Below, one piece after another: positions 40,188-54,310 of a stretch of 64,000 nucleotides of DNA. A program made the position numbers and the translations under genes. Positions within the stretch are counted from its first letter, which is position 1; every line of letters starts with the position of its first letter. Below the pieces are notes generated by a model, which was not told the origin of the DNA, did no database searches, and saw only the letters and a list, made by a program, of their open reading frames with translations. The stretch is taken from contig OX597815.1 in the NCBI GenBank assembly GCA_951406725.2, forward strand, positions 43,028,001 to 43,092,000. Direction: 5' to 3'. The DNA is from Octopus vulgaris. Lineage: Eukaryota.

Positions 40188-40975
40188 TTGTTTTAATTTA
40201 GGCACAAGGCCAGTAGTTTCGAAGGGAAGGGATTAATCGAGACCCACGACCTCACTTACTTGACTGGTTGGGGTGGGGTGAAAAGCAAACTTGGACACAG
40301 CAGGATATAAACCTCGAACGTAAAGATTCGGAATAAATGCTGCAAAGCAACTGTTATAAACATTTTGCCAATCCACATCGACTCCGGTGTTCAAATGGTA
40401 CCTATTTTATCGACCCTGAAAGGATGAAATGCAAAGTCAGCCACGGCGGAATTTGGACTCAGAAGGTAAAGGCGGATGAAAATGCAAAGCATTCTGTCCG
40501 GCATGGTAATGATTCTATCAGCTCGTCGCTTTACCGCTCTAAGTAATCCTTTTTACTAAAAGCATAAAGCTTGAATTTTGCGGGGTGAGGACTAGTCGAT
40601 TACATCGACCACAGTGTTATATTTTATCAACCCTGAGAAGATAAAAGGCAAATTCGACCACGGAATTTGAACTCAGAACATATGGACAGACAAAATGCCG
40701 TTAAGCATTTTGCTCGGCGTGCTAATGATTCTGCCAGCGCGCTGCCTTATCGCGCTAAATGATAGAAATAATAATGGTACAAAGTTTGGTACAAGGCTAG
40801 CAATTTTAGAAGAACGATGCACCAGCAAAGTACAGGGTCGATGAGACTCTATACTTGACTGTTGCATCATTTTATCACCTCGAAGGGATGAAAGGCAAAG
40901 ATGATCTTGGCGGGATTTGAGCTTAGAACATAAAGAGCCGGAAGAAATGCAGCTGGGTTGTTTGTTCGGTGCAGC
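40188..40975 (-). mobile_element. Tandem array of about 4 family B SINEs
   Basis: Repeated GGCACAAGGC...TTTTATCGACCC..AAGGATGAAAGGCAAA...GAATTTGAACTCAGAAC units. Confidence 0.8.
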
Positions 40976-41684
40976 TGAAAATTCAACACCCGTTGCTTCC
41001 TCAGCAATGGCTCAAGACAGAGAGAACACTACTGACGGATTGAGCGAGTGATTCAAAACAAATTCGACAGCTCGACATTTAATCTAATCAGCGAGATTAC
41101 CGTTGAACATTGAAGCTGTTCAACTTCTGAAAACGACTCCTAAACAGGCCGCACTAAAAGACCTATTGAAATGTTTAGATTGATTCAGATGGATCAGAGC
41201 CTTATTGAAACTATTTTTATTACTCACCCTTCTCTATGATATTTCACATGAGGTGAGGCTGTCGTGGGTAAATCTGACGAGAATTACTCAGTTCTATGCG
41301 CTACCCTAACAATAATATATGTCTATTATTGTTTCTGCCGTTATTCTTCCTTTATATTTTTCGATGTTGTTTTCATTGCCATCATTGTGGTCGTCGTTAT
41401 TGTTGCTGTCGTCAGTATTCTTGTTATTCTTATTGTTCATGTTGGTTTTTCGCCTGTTGTTCTTCCTTGCTTTGTTAGTGTCTTTGTCACCTTGATTGTC
41501 ATCACTGTCGTTATAGTTGATATTGTTGATACAGTCACTGATGTCACAATCACCATTTTTTAATTTATTTTTTTTACAATCGTTATTGTTGTTGCTGATG
41601 ATTGATTTATGTCATCGTCGTTCTCAACCACGACATAGTTCCGCTTGTTGCTCTATCATCAACATTATCATCATCATCATCATC

Positions 41685-42765
41685 AAGCTGGCAGAATCAT
41701 TATCGCGCTTAGATACATTTCGCCTATCGTTACGTTCTGAGTTCAAATTCCGCCGAGGCCGACTTTGCCTTCATCCTTCCGGCGTCGATAAATCAAGTAC
41801 CAGTGAAACTCTGGAGTCAATGTAATTGACTAGTCCTCGCCCTCCCACACCCCAAATTTCAGGCCTTCTGCCTTTAATCGAAAGGATTATTATTATCATC
41901 AAGCTGGCAGAATTAGTAGCACGCCGGGCAAAATGCTTAACAGCATTTCATTCATCTGTATGTTTTGAGTTCAAATGCCACTTAGGCCAACTTTGCCTTT
42001 CATCCTTTCGGGGTTGATAAATAAAGCACCAATTGAAGACTGGAGTCGATGCAATCGACTGGCCACCTCCCACCAAATTTCAGGCCTATAATAGAAAGGA
42101 TTGTTATCATGGGAGAATCATTAGGGTGTTGGACAAAATGATTTGCGGTATTTCTTTCGGCTCTTTAGTTTCCGAGTTCAATTCCTGCCGAGGTTAACTT
42201 TACCTTTCATTCTTTCGGTGTCGATAAATAACATTCGAGTACTAGGCTCGACGTAATCGACTCGTCCCTTCCTCAAAATTTTAAGCTTTGTTCCTATAGT
42301 ATAAAGAACAATGCGGCAGCTAGCAGAATCGCTAATACATCGGACAAAATGTTTAGCGGTCTTTCTTCCGGCTCTTTATTCTGACTTCAAACACCACCGA
42401 AATCGACTTTAATTTTCATCGTTTCGGAGTCGATAAAATAAGTAGCAGCTGAGTCAGTGTAATCGACAAGAACCCACCACCAAAATTATTAAGGCCATGT
42501 GCCTATATTAGATAAAATTATTGTTTATTTTAATTAATATAGCAGACTCTTTAGAAAAATGCCTTTGTATTTCATGCGGGTCTTTATGTAAAATTTACCT
42601 TTCATCCTTTCAGCATCCTTAATTAATAACGATTCAAACATTGAGTTTGGGGTAATCGACCTGTCGTCCTTTCAGCATCCATAATTAAGAACGATTCAAA
42701 TACTGGGCTTGGGGTAATCGATTTGTTCCCGCCTCTCAAAATTACTTGCCTTGTACTAAAATTAT
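41685..42765 (+). mobile_element. Tandem array of about 5 family B SINEs
   Basis: Repeated AGCTGGCAGAAT...GAGTTCAAAT...TTTCATCCTTTCGG units with a period of about 205-215 bp. Confidence 0.85.
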
Positions 42766-42871
42766 AATTATTATTAGTAGTAGTTGTAGTAGTAGTACAT
42801 AGTAATAGGTAGTGGAGTAATAGTAATAATTGATGACAGTTGTTTTTGCTTAGCTCTATAACGTATAGCAA

Positions 42872-43109
42872 TCTTTTATCTTTTATTTGTTTCAGTCATT
42901 TGAATGCATCCATGAAGGGTTTTGGTCGAACAAATTCGGCCCGAGGACCTATTTTTCGAAAACCAATATTTTTTTCTTTTGGTTTCTTTGGCTGAACCGC
43001 TATGTTACAGGGACGTAAACACACCAACACCGTTTATCAAGCGGTAGTGGGGGTAAAAACACAGACACAAAAACACACCCGCAAAAAATAAACACACACA
43101 TATACATAT

Positions 43110-43156
<47 letters not shown>

Positions 43157-43350
43157 ATTGCAGCATGGGAGATGTTTGTTTGTAAGCCATACACGACGGG
43201 TCCGTTTCAGTTTTCGTCTACCAAATCCACTCACAAGGCTTTAATCGGCCCGAGGCTATAGTAGAAGATACTTGCCCAAGATATCATGCAATGGGATTGA
43301 ACCCGGAACCATGTTGTTGGGGAAGCAAGGCTCTTACAACACAGCCACAT
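42872..43350 (-). mobile_element. Family A SINE
   Basis: Consensus match. Confidence 0.88.
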
Positions 43351-43472
43351 TTGCAGCTGTATTCATTAATATTGTTCGAATTTGCGCAGAATACATCCCC
43401 TTTTGCACTAGATAATAGTAAACTAGAAACAAGCGAACAAATACATAATAAATAAACAAATATCAGTTAAAC

Positions 43473-43562
43473 AAAACGAATAAATTTGGCGGGAAACGAG
43501 ATCTAAAAATAAAATAAAAAACGAATAAATTTGGCGGGAAACGAGATCTAAAAATAAAATAA
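43473..43562. repeat. Perfect 45-bp tandem duplication
   Basis: AAAACGAATAAATTTGGCGGGAAACGAGATCTAAAAATAAAATAA twice. Confidence 0.93.
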
Positions 43563-44039
43563 TAAATAAAGACATCCTGTTCGTTGTCGAATGCCAGTAC
43601 CTTTGTACATTACTTAAACCGGATCGTTTAGAGTATTTTTAATGAGAGGATCACCATGTGTCGACACTTATTATTGGCAAATCAACGTAATCCGTAGAAA
43701 AATACGTATGAAGGTCATTGAAAGAACAGAACTGTAAATAGATTATGTGTAAAAAGGAAACAGAAAAGACAAAGGAAACCCCCTAAAGACATGTTGCGAT
43801 TTATCAGCAATGGGGAAGGGCTCATGAAAATAATAATAAAGGGTTTCAGCATGGCAGAAGGTCATAACTAGGAAATATATATGTGTGTGTGTGTATGTAT
43901 GTAGTATAAGTATGTATATACATACATGTATACACACACACACACGTATATATATATATATATATATATATTATGTATGTGTATTTTTTTCAATGTGTAC
44001 AAATAACACAGAAAAAATGTATATGTTTGTATGTCTGTG

Positions 44040-44222
44040 TTTGTCCCCTCACCATCGCTTGATAACCGATGTTGGTGTATTTACGTCTTCGTAAAACTTA
44101 GGGGTTCGGCAAAAGATACCGATAGAATAAGTACTAGGTTTACAAAAACCTCGGGTCGATTCGTTCGAGTAAAAGCAGTGCTTCAGCATGGCCGCAGTCA
44201 AATGACTGAAACAAGTAAAAGA
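44040..44222 (+). mobile_element. Family A SINE 3' half
   Basis: Consensus match. Confidence 0.85.
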
Positions 44223-44349
44223 TATATATATATATATGTATATATATATATCTTAGGTCGTCAAGTATGAAATTTGTAAGGTATATGGTAAACTTTAACT
44301 ATGCTCATTTTGCGCTTTATATATCGTTATTTTGCTATTTTGTTTAGAG

Positions 44350-45371
44350 ATGGATAAGTCGGAAATTCGTACAGTTTTGACATATGAGTTTCTTTCTTCG
44401 AAATACAGCATCACAGACAGCTCGGAATATTAATGGAGCATTTCATTCTACTGTTATTACACAGCAGACAGTATCAAATTGGTTTGCAAAATTTCGTTTT
44501 TGTAACTTTGGCCTCACAAATGAGCAACGCGGTCGACCAGAAACAAATGTGGATAATGACGAACTGAAAGCCACCGTCGAGTCAGATCCATCTCAAAGTG
44601 CCCGTGAATTATCATTGTTGTTTGGTGTTAGCAAGCAAACAATATTTACTCACCTATTTCAAATCGGTAAAGCGAAAAAGTTTGATAAGTGGGTTCCACA
44701 TGAACTCAATGAAAATCAGAAACAGTAACGTTTGGAAGCCTGCATTATGCTACTTTCTCATTACAAAAATGAATCATTTTTGAATCGAATTGCAACATGT
44801 AATGAGAAATGGATCCAATACAACAACCGTAAACGTTCAGCACAATGGCTGGAAAAAGACGAGCCACCAAAACAGTCTAAAAAGCAAAATTCATCAAAAG
44901 AAGCTGATGGTATGTGTTTGGCAGTTTGGCGCAGGTGTGTTCCATTATGATTTTATTAAACCTGGCTCATCAATCACGGCTGAAATATACTGCTGCCAAC
45001 TGGACCAAATGATGCAGAAACTTAGAAAAAACGGCCTAAATTCGTCAACAGATCCACTCCTATTTTGTTGCAAGACAACTCCAGACCACACATCGCAAAA
45101 ATGACATTGCCGAAATTACAGAAGTAGGAGCTGGAAGTTCTCCATCATCCACCACATTCACCTGATCTTGCCCTCACTGGCCACCACTTCTTCCAGAATA
45201 TTGATAACTTTTTGATAGGAAAAAAAATTTAATTCCGACGATGCTGTAAAACAGGCCTTCCAAGATTTTATTGACTCTAGATTGCCAGGCTTTAACAGTT
45301 CCGGGCTGGACAAGCTGCCGCTGAAATGACAAAAGCGCATTGACAATATGGGTGCATACTTTGATGAATAA
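44350..45371 (+). pseudogene. Mariner (DD34D-type) transposase pseudogene; element spans about 44253-45420
   Basis: MDKSEIRTV, WVPHEL, TCNEKW, LLQDNSRPH, HSPDLALTGHHFF, GAYFDE*. Contains frameshifts and stops. Confidence 0.92.
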
Positions 45372-47041
45372 AACTATTCCTTGTATTTATAAAACATTAG
45401 CAAACCTTTTTTGTATCTAATGTATGTGTATATCTATACGTATATGCATATATGTATGCATGTATACATACGCATATATATATATGTGTATGTATACAAG
45501 CATACATACACACACACATATATATATATATGTACATAGACATACATATATACGCACGCGCACACATACACACATATCAAAAGTGTAAATCAGATGAACT
45601 GAAATTTAAGCATTGGAAAGCCTTACTGCTGAGGATTTAGAATATGTATGTATGCATATGCATGTATGTATATATCCATAAATGTATGTATGTATCATCT
45701 AACTTCTTTCTGTTTTTATATAATTGTGTGTGTCTGTGCGTTTATATGTGTGTGCTTGTGTGTGTTTATGTGTGTATGGACGAATGACATTTTATTACAA
45801 TGCTGCCCACCCTACTCGCCAGAGATGTTGCTTAACTGGTGAATAGGCACTCTGCACTATCATGCAAAATCTGATAACCGTTAACTCTATAGAAATTGTA
45901 GATAAGCCGAAGACATACACCGTGTTCGCCTTCGCATTATTGTGATGCACAAAATACACCTAGACATATAAAGACGTTCGTTGTTTTTACTAGAACTGCA
46001 TTTTATTTTCCAAAATTCCTATCGATTGCGCTGGAATTATGATATATCTCCCTTGCTTGAATTCTATATCTTAAATACTCCAAGAGAGAATTTCTTTTTA
46101 CTAATTGTCTGAATATCCGTTAATCGAGTGTTTACAACTTTTACGTATTTACGTATTTGAAACCCTAAACGTATTTGTTGTGTTCAGTGTGCAGAATGCT
46201 GCAATATCGTTGCATATGTATCTTTTCTTTCTATTACTTATTTCGGTCATTCCTGAAGCGAGGAAAGTCGATTCAGAAATTTTCATTTTTATTTTGCGGG
46301 TAACCACAAAAGATAACAGCCGTAACAGTTTGTCTTCTTCCTACCTTAAAAGCGAACTATATCGTTATATTAACTGAAAAGAAAAACACAACTGCACGAA
46401 GATATATTTTTCAGCCTTCAGGAATTTTAACATCGTGCAAACAAGATACCCGAGAACAGTGAATAAAATCAACAACCAATAGCCTCAATAGTTTCCTCGA
46501 AAACTTAAAAGTGCCGTTCTTAACAGAAAAATTTTTAAAAAATATTTTTGTAATTGACATTGCAGTTATTTTTCAAAATCTAAAGTTTTAAACAATGACA
46601 ACTATTTTAAAAAGTAAGGAATCATATTTTCAGCCCACCCTCTTTCAAGCAAGCACAATGATATACAGGTTATACTTCTAAATAGCTTTTGTGCCAAAAA
46701 AATAATCCATACAGAGTCCAGACAATCCAATTAACAAAAGGCTCGACATGATTCTTTACTAGGAAGTTTAAAATCAGCAAGACATCATCCATCACAAATC
46801 AAGGAAACTACTTACATTTCTTCATCTTTAAAACCTATGAATAATCTACGTCTATAACTTTCAGAAGCTTTACAGTGCAAGAAACCACAATCTCTGTGCA
46901 TGGCGATTACATATCAATAACACTGCAATAATTGTATCTCAAAGTTCGATATTCGTTTTTGCGAAGAATTTGAAAACACTACATGTGTAACTACGCTGCT
47001 GTTTTCCAGCAGTGATTTTTGACTCCCTTTGGCGACTAAGT

Positions 47042-47290
47042 GAAGGCGCACGACCTATTGGTTTAAGCTGTTACCCTTACTATCACAAGGTCGTAGTTTC
47101 AATTCTCGGACCGGGCATTGCGTTCAAATTCTTGAGCAAAACACTTCCTTTCACTGTGTTGTAGTCCACTCAGCAGTAAATGAGTGACATTGCGATGAAG
47201 TGGTGTCATGTTTGGGAGGATGTTGTGCTTTCGGTTACGTATACGCCATAAAAACTGGGTAACCGGCCTTACCATTCCATGGATTCGAGG
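47042..47290 (+). mobile_element. Family D SINE, diverged
   Basis: Similar to 9848-10095 (CTTGAGCAAAACACTT...AGTCCACTCAGC). Confidence 0.65.
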
Positions 47291-48630
47291 CAATAATATC
47301 CATGTCTGATAACTTCATATAACAAAGAAGTCATTCTGATTCCAGTGCTAAGCGTCTTATCAACAGAAACTACGTATTATCTTGCAGAGGAAGTGAACTG
47401 AAGACACATAATTGAACGATAGACATAGAATGCATCGGTGTAGCAGGCTGTAGTTTTATCACTCAAACAGTATGTCAGGATTAAAAACTTCTCCTTGTAA
47501 CATTCGTAGCATAAATAAGGAACAGGCTTTTATCCCTCCTTCTCTCATTCGCACCTCGTTTCAACATCGAGGAGTGAATTTTGGGGGGGGAAATGTCTTA
47601 AAATGGAAGTTTGTATTATTCTCCCTTCCCACCATCTTTTTTATTTGAAAATATTTATTTTGTCATTCTTTTCTTTCCGAAACCTTTTTTCACAACATGC
47701 TGCTTGTAAAAGGAAACAAACGTAAAGAAAGAGGGAGAATTGATTTTAATAACAGTGTAATTATTTCCTATTTTATAGCGAGTGTATAATTCATCTATTT
47801 TTATGTTTATTTATTCACTGTCAGTTTATATTAGTGAGAGAGGCTTATCCGTTGACGTTGCAAACTGCATATCACTGTTAACTTATGTGTGTGAGTAAGT
47901 GCGCACGTGTGTGTGTGTATGCGTAGAGAGAGAGAGGGAAGAGTAGAGACAGACTGACAGAAAGTCTATATGGGTTATGTATATATATACACATACAAAC
48001 ATATACGCATACATACATACATATACTCACACACACACACATATCCATATATATATATATATATACGTACATGCATACATACATACATATATACATAGAT
48101 GTACGCTTGTGTGTGTATAATGTGAGCGTATCTGTGAGTGTGTGTATGTATGTATAAATATATATATGCGTATGTATGTATATGTATATATATATATATA
48201 TATACATACATACACACACACACATACATACATATATAAAACAGACACACAAACACACACACACAGACACACACACACACACATACACACACACATACAC
48301 GCACGCACGCACGCACGCGCATATAAACCACAGAATAATTAAATAAAGAAGTTGAGGTGAGTTGTGATCAAAATGGTGTTCATGGGGTTTGACACCTGAT
48401 GTTTTTCTTAGAATTCCGTCTCGTCTGCTGTGTAGAAAAAAATAATATTTTCTTCAGCAACAAATGTTATTTTACTGTTTGTCACACTAGTGTGGCAACT
48501 TTTAACCCCGAGTCAGCTGATACCTAGGAGGAGCCATGCAACTAGACGATATCTGCTATAACATCACCATCAACAACACAATGTCATTATCATCGTCATC
48601 ATCATCATCATCAACATTATAAAACTGGTG

Positions 48631-48704
<74 letters not shown>

Positions 48705-48882
48705 TCACCATCCATTCCCTCACCGCACCGCAACACCACCACCACCACTACAACTACCACGACGACGACGACGACAACCACCACCACCACCACCATCACT
48801 ACCACCACCACTACTACTACTACTACCACCACCACTACACTACTACTACCTCCACCACCACACTACTACTACCACCACCATC

Positions 48883-48914
<32 letters not shown>

Positions 48915-48966
48915 CACCACCACCACCACCACCACCACCACCGCTACTACTACTACCACCACCATC

Positions 48967-48998
<32 letters not shown>

Positions 48999-49023
48999 CA
49001 CCACCACCACACTACTACTACTA
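48631..49023. repeat. (TAC)/(CAC) trinucleotide repeat tract
   Basis: Direct reading. Confidence 0.95.
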
Positions 49024-49436
49024 ATTTTACCTCCTTTTCACCTTGTGTTTTGTTATGGTCGTTCTCTCTTCCCCAGTCTCTAGTACACTTCTAATATAAG
49101 CATTTAGCATAATTATTTTGTTTTTATTCTCCCCATCAACTTCTTGTTTTTCATTTTTATTTTCTCCGTGTATGTATCCACCTGCCGTCTCGTCTAAAAT
49201 GTGCTAAAATGTGAATGTACATTTTTTTTTTCATGCCGTCTGGATCCCAGAACATCTAGTCTTGGTCCTTGGCAATCAACTAGTGACATGACAACGGGGC
49301 TGCATCATCCGGATATATTCCGAGGCGACACGACATGACAATTTAAGTGGCGCCACCTGCCAGGAGCCGCTTCCTGTCAATCAACCACGTTCAAAATCAA
49401 ATCATGAATAACAAAAAAAGAAAAATATATATTAAC

Positions 49437-49705
49437 TAACCTGCCTTCGTCTCTAACTTTGCAGCATCCGCTGCAAGCCATGGTGTCGCCGCCCGTAATG
49501 CGGAGGAGAGAAAAATTAATAAATACTGGGGCCTAGACGTCTGCTATCAGTTTGTGTCCGTTACAGTCGGGATGTCAGTTATTCTGGAACCCCGTACTAC
49601 CGATTTCCTCCGCAAAATAAGGATAACGGCAGCCCATCGGAGAAATGAGCCCCACGAGGTGGAATGGCTGCTGCAGCGAGTGTCATTGGCCATTTTCCGT
49701 TTGTT
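49437..49705 (+). mobile_element. CRE-clade RLE retrotransposon C-terminal fragment
   Basis: GVAARNAEERKINKYWGL...FLRKI...EWLLQRVSLAIFR fits AAxxAExxKxxKY...QRLSxAIxR. Confidence 0.7.
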
Positions 49706-49939
49706 CTGGGGGTATGCGATCCATCGTCCCTTCCCCCTCCATCTTCCGCTGAGTTGCCCCCCTCACCACCACCACTTTTTATTTTTCGTTTTTTACTTTT
49801 CTCCCTTCTGTTCTGGAAAGATTCTAATAAAACCTCCCAAATACTTAATTACAATGCTGGTAAAATAAAGCATCTTCTCTTTAAGAATTGTTAAGAATCT
49901 CCGTCACATATCGACAGTAAAAGTCAATACAATAATCAC

Positions 49940-50200
49940 TACACGTGCCCTCACTACATCGCGGATTCTTCTCGCTAATATATGTAAATTTATATCGCGG
50001 ACTCCTTAGTATATCGCGGGTTTTCTGCGGCCGATAGGTATTTATATTTTTTTTAGATTTTAATTATTTTTGTGGGAAAATAAGCATTTTCACGCCTAAA
50101 AATTAATGAATTAATAAATAGAACTACAGTACAGTACTACACTGTGTAATGCATTAATTAAAATATATTAAAAGAAAATATATTGTGTACCTTAGATGAG
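49940..50200 (+). mobile_element. Tigger/pogo-like transposon end
   Basis: TA-CACGTGCCCTCACTACATCGCGG terminus with repeated ATCGCGG subterminal motifs. Confidence 0.45.
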
Positions 50201-50328
50201 TAAACAACGAATAGCATCCTGTATGGAAAACGTAATTCGGGAGGCAAGTGTGTGTGGTGTTGTTTTACATTTATAATAATATATATATATACAATTATAA
50301 AAAAACTCGGGAGGCGAGTTGTTTTGCA

Positions 50329-50385
<57 letters not shown>

Positions 50386-50561
50386 TAATCAGCCGAAATT
50401 GCGAGGTTGATCTGGTTCTTGACTGAGGACAGAGAAAGCTTCGAATGACCCGTCCTTGTTTTTTTTTGTATCGTCTATCTTGATGTTTCGTTGTCCCTTT
50501 TTGTATCACCTAGTTGTCCGGATGTTTTGCGTTCTTGTCCCATTTTGTATTTTATATATAT

Positions 50562-50769
50562 AGTTAATCCAAACAAGAAAGCACAAAAAAACACAACAAC
50601 GCGAGGACGTGGAACAAATATAGTATTATTGGACGCTCAGGAAAGAAGGAAGAAGGAGGGTTTAACGTTTCGAGCGGAGTTCTTCGTCGGAAACATAGGA
50701 GAAGGAAAGATCCAGAGAAGGGAAGACAGAGGAAAAAAATCGCCAACGGTACACACGCGGCTACATTTA
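50562..50769 (-). mobile_element. ~210-bp hammerhead-bearing unit, copy 3 (motif 50660-50694)
   Basis: GTTT-CCGACGA-A-GAAC-TCC-GCTC-GAAA-CG-TT-AAAC. Flanked by (TA)n. Confidence 0.8.
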
Positions 50770-50776
50770 TCCCATG

Positions 50777-50827
<51 letters not shown>

Positions 50828-50835
<8 letters not shown>

Positions 50836-51000
50836 ACACGGGATGTGTGTCTGTCTGTGTGTTTGTCATGTCGTTAAATCTCGAGGTCCACCCAACCGAT
50901 TTTAATGAAGTTTTACACATGCATTACATTGGATCCGTGGAGTGCCATGGGCGAAAAACATTTTCAACTTCTTGCCTAATGCGGGCCAAAGTGCAGATAG
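50828..51000 (+). mobile_element. Helitron/Helentron-like non-autonomous element end
   Basis: TATATATAA..GTGTCTGTCTGTG...CAACCGATTTTAATGAAGTTTTACAC layout, typical of such ends. Confidence 0.35.
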
Positions 51001-51896
51001 ACTGCATTTTTAAAGCATTTTCGCAGCGTCAAGGCCTGTATCTTGAAGAGTATCCAGTAGCTTTATCCCAAATTTGCAACAAACATTAGCCAGGATCCTC
51101 GAATTGCTGCTGACTAAAAAAAAATTTCTGACGCCGTCAACGGTCCCCCATAAAGTGCAGATTAATCAGATTTGAGTATACTGCACTAGATTTTATCTTT
51201 GTTTTCGACCATTTTCTCACGATAAGACATTGACACTACATATGCATTATAAGTAGCTCATAATATTTCATGGAAGCCTTTCTATCCAATTTGGCGGAGG
51301 AAATGAGAAGAACATGAAATTTTTTGTCGGCGCCCTGTTGATGCTTCATGATACTATCCTGCGCACCACCGGGCCATATGTGCGTGTGTGCGGCTGAGTA
51401 AAGGCACAACAAATCCATTCATTCTCCAGAAGAGCCCTGCTGATGTTTCAAGTTTCCAATCTTGCGCAACGTAGCATGGCCCGGCAACATGTCTGCTATC
51501 TATGTCATCCACGTCTGAACTATATAATGCAAAATGGTCATACAAAAACAAGTTGCTGTTGTGATTCAAAGCCATTTGAGTTTCACTGCGTGACCAATTC
51601 TGGAAGCTACGCTCGCCATCTGCAATTAGTCCCCCGTTTAGTCAATTTGGCAGCAAGCATTTTCTTTACTTCCATCCTCAAGAGCTTAAAGAACACATTC
51701 AGTTAGCAGTGCAGTGCTTCAAAATGTGTTTCACAACGCGAAGGAGAGATTTGAAGTATGCAGGGATACAGACATGTTGAACATTTTCAATAAAGTTTGA
51801 CGTAAGGTTTATAAATCTATTTAAAATTCTGTCAGCTGTTTCAAAATCTGCTCAAACGTGTATACATACACACACACACAGACACGCACAAATGTG

Positions 51897-51934
<38 letters not shown>

Positions 51935-52129
51935 TACACACACAAACATACACCTGTGTACACACACATGTGTACCCCACCCCCGCACACATATACCTTA
52001 ATGTAAATGCATACATTATATATGTAAATATTTGTTTGTGTACATATGTGTGTGTGCTATTGTGTGCGTGCGCATTTAGCGTCTATGTGTGAAATTTATT
52101 CAAGAATTTCTCGTCTAGTCCAGAGATTT

Positions 52130-52320
52130 CAGCCGTATTTCGTCTGCCGTTACGTTCTGGGTTCAAATTCCGCCGAGGTCGACTTTGCCTTTCATCCTTT
52201 CGGGGTCGATAAAATAAGTACCAGTTACGCACTGGGTCGATGTAATCGACTTAATCCCTTTGTCTGTCTGTCCTTGTTTGTCCACTCTGTGTTTAGCCCC
52301 TTGTGGGTAGTAAAGAAATA
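52130..52320 (+). mobile_element. Family B SINE
   Basis: Near-consensus GGTTCAAATTCCGCCGAGGTCGACTTTGCCTTTCATCCTTTCGGGGTCGATAAAATAAGTACCAG. Confidence 0.9.
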
Positions 52321-53508
52321 TATATTTCTTCATAGTGTTATTATGACGTCACAATATCGGAAACGTTTTCTCCAAGGCCTATGCTTCAAATAACATTTAG
52401 TCTCTTTCAACCTTTCGCGGGTATTAGAGGCTAGGGAATGTGTGCGCCGAGGGACGCACCAGAGCACCTGAAAACTAGAGTGAAGTCAGAGTCATCTTCA
52501 CTTTGTTTTTTGTGTTTGTGGGGATATTTTGAGCAGACCCCTCACAAGTGTAACCACCACACAATTGTTTCCTCATAACTTTCAGAATAAATGGATATCT
52601 TTTAAGGAAATATTCCACAAATATCTGAGTCAGCATACATTACGACTAAATGCCGCCGGCGTGCTAACCCTTCTGCCACTCACCGCCTTATGAACACGAT
52701 ATAATGGTTACTCAACATATAATCCACATGTATATCTAGAGAGAAGGGTTACAAGCTCGGTAAGTGTTTAAATAAATCACAAGTTAGCTGCTATTAAAAT
52801 ATCTGATAATATTTTCTTGATATTCGTTATAATAAAGACGAAATTCTGTCTGTCTGCGACCGCTCTACTTCAGTCTACATTTGCTCTACAAAGATGAAAT
52901 TATACCTTTTTGGAATGAGAATGATCCTGGGATTGAAAATCTACCTTTCATTTGGCTCCTGAACACCCCAGTGTTGGGATATGATTAAAAAACATTAGGT
53001 TGCTACTTCAAGCAGGTAAAGCTTGGCAAATTCACGCCATTTTAGTTGGCGTTTTTCAGATGACGTCAGGAAGATAAATGACATTCGCTTCGTTAATTTT
53101 ACGTTGAATTACTTCATTAATTTTACGTCGGCCAACAGTTGGTATTCAACTTGGGACTGGAACAATAGAATAATTCCGTTAGAGAATTAACTCTCATCCA
53201 TCCTTAACGTCTGACCAAACACCAGCGAAGCATATAGTCGTTATAGACATGTTATAGTTATAGCTATTTAGCTCCTTTTAGTTTGGGACTGCAGGTCGAA
53301 TAAGCCCTCCACAGGAGCTAGCCTAAATGTCCGCATGAGTGCGGCTTCTAAGCTCGTCTCTTTGCTTCATTAATTGTTCGATAATTTTCATATATCACTA
53401 TAGTTGCGAACACAATTTGTTTACTTTGGTTACAAGTATACACTGTGTTTGGAATTAAAAATGTTTATAAGCAACATTTCTCTCTCTCCTGCTCTCTGTC
53501 TGTATGTA

Positions 53509-53602
<94 letters not shown>

Positions 53603-53989
53603 ACGCACACACACACCTAATTGTTGACTTTCTTTAACTTACTTTTGGCCCGAAACATTTGTCCATTTAAATTGTCCGATGTTTCTTCCTTACTTCCACT
53701 CGTATCATACCTTAAGCACTGAGGCACCTACCTCGAGCACTTAAACTTTTCACTCTGCCAGGATGAAAAACACGAACCACCGTCGGTCCCGGTAAGATAG
53801 TAATCCACCTCTTTGATCGTAAATTCAACCAATCTCTTTTCTTTGAAGCTCTTTGTAAAAAAAAAAAACTTAAGAATTTCTTCGGTAATATCTTTTCACG
53901 TCTTTCGTGTTAATTCATTTATGTAGTGAATGAGATTTGGCTGCTATTTCTAGCGGACCTAGTAGACACCTTATGGACAAATTATATAA

Positions 53990-54310
53990 CCAAGAGGAAT
54001 CCTCCACACGAGAATCTGAAGAGAAATGGCAGAGTGTAGTGAATTGTATAGTGCCTAAGAGATTGGTTGAGCTTGGTTGGGGCCTAGGAGATTGAAGGGA
54101 CTAATGGTTGAGTGAAGATAGCATGAATCCAGCCAGTTCCAGGGTGCAAAGAGAAGACGTAGCTCACTTATGGCGAAAAACAATTAGGTGTGTGGCCTTT
54201 TAACTAGGTACGGTCCAGTGTGACTGTACAGCAACAGCTCCGTTGCAAATGTGATCAGGGTAATACTCCATTCTAGACCTCTGATGAGGTTTGTAGTGCA
54301 GGATATTACA
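53990..54310 (-). mobile_element. Old CR1-like LINE fragment
   Basis: LHYKPHQRSRMEYYPDHICNGA...KATHLI resembles LYKxxVRPxMEYCSHIWxGA...KRAxRLI. Confidence 0.4.

Noticed and set aside
41268-41306. Hammerhead-like CTGACGA-GAATT/AGTTC
   Set aside because: The essential GAAA is replaced by TATG.
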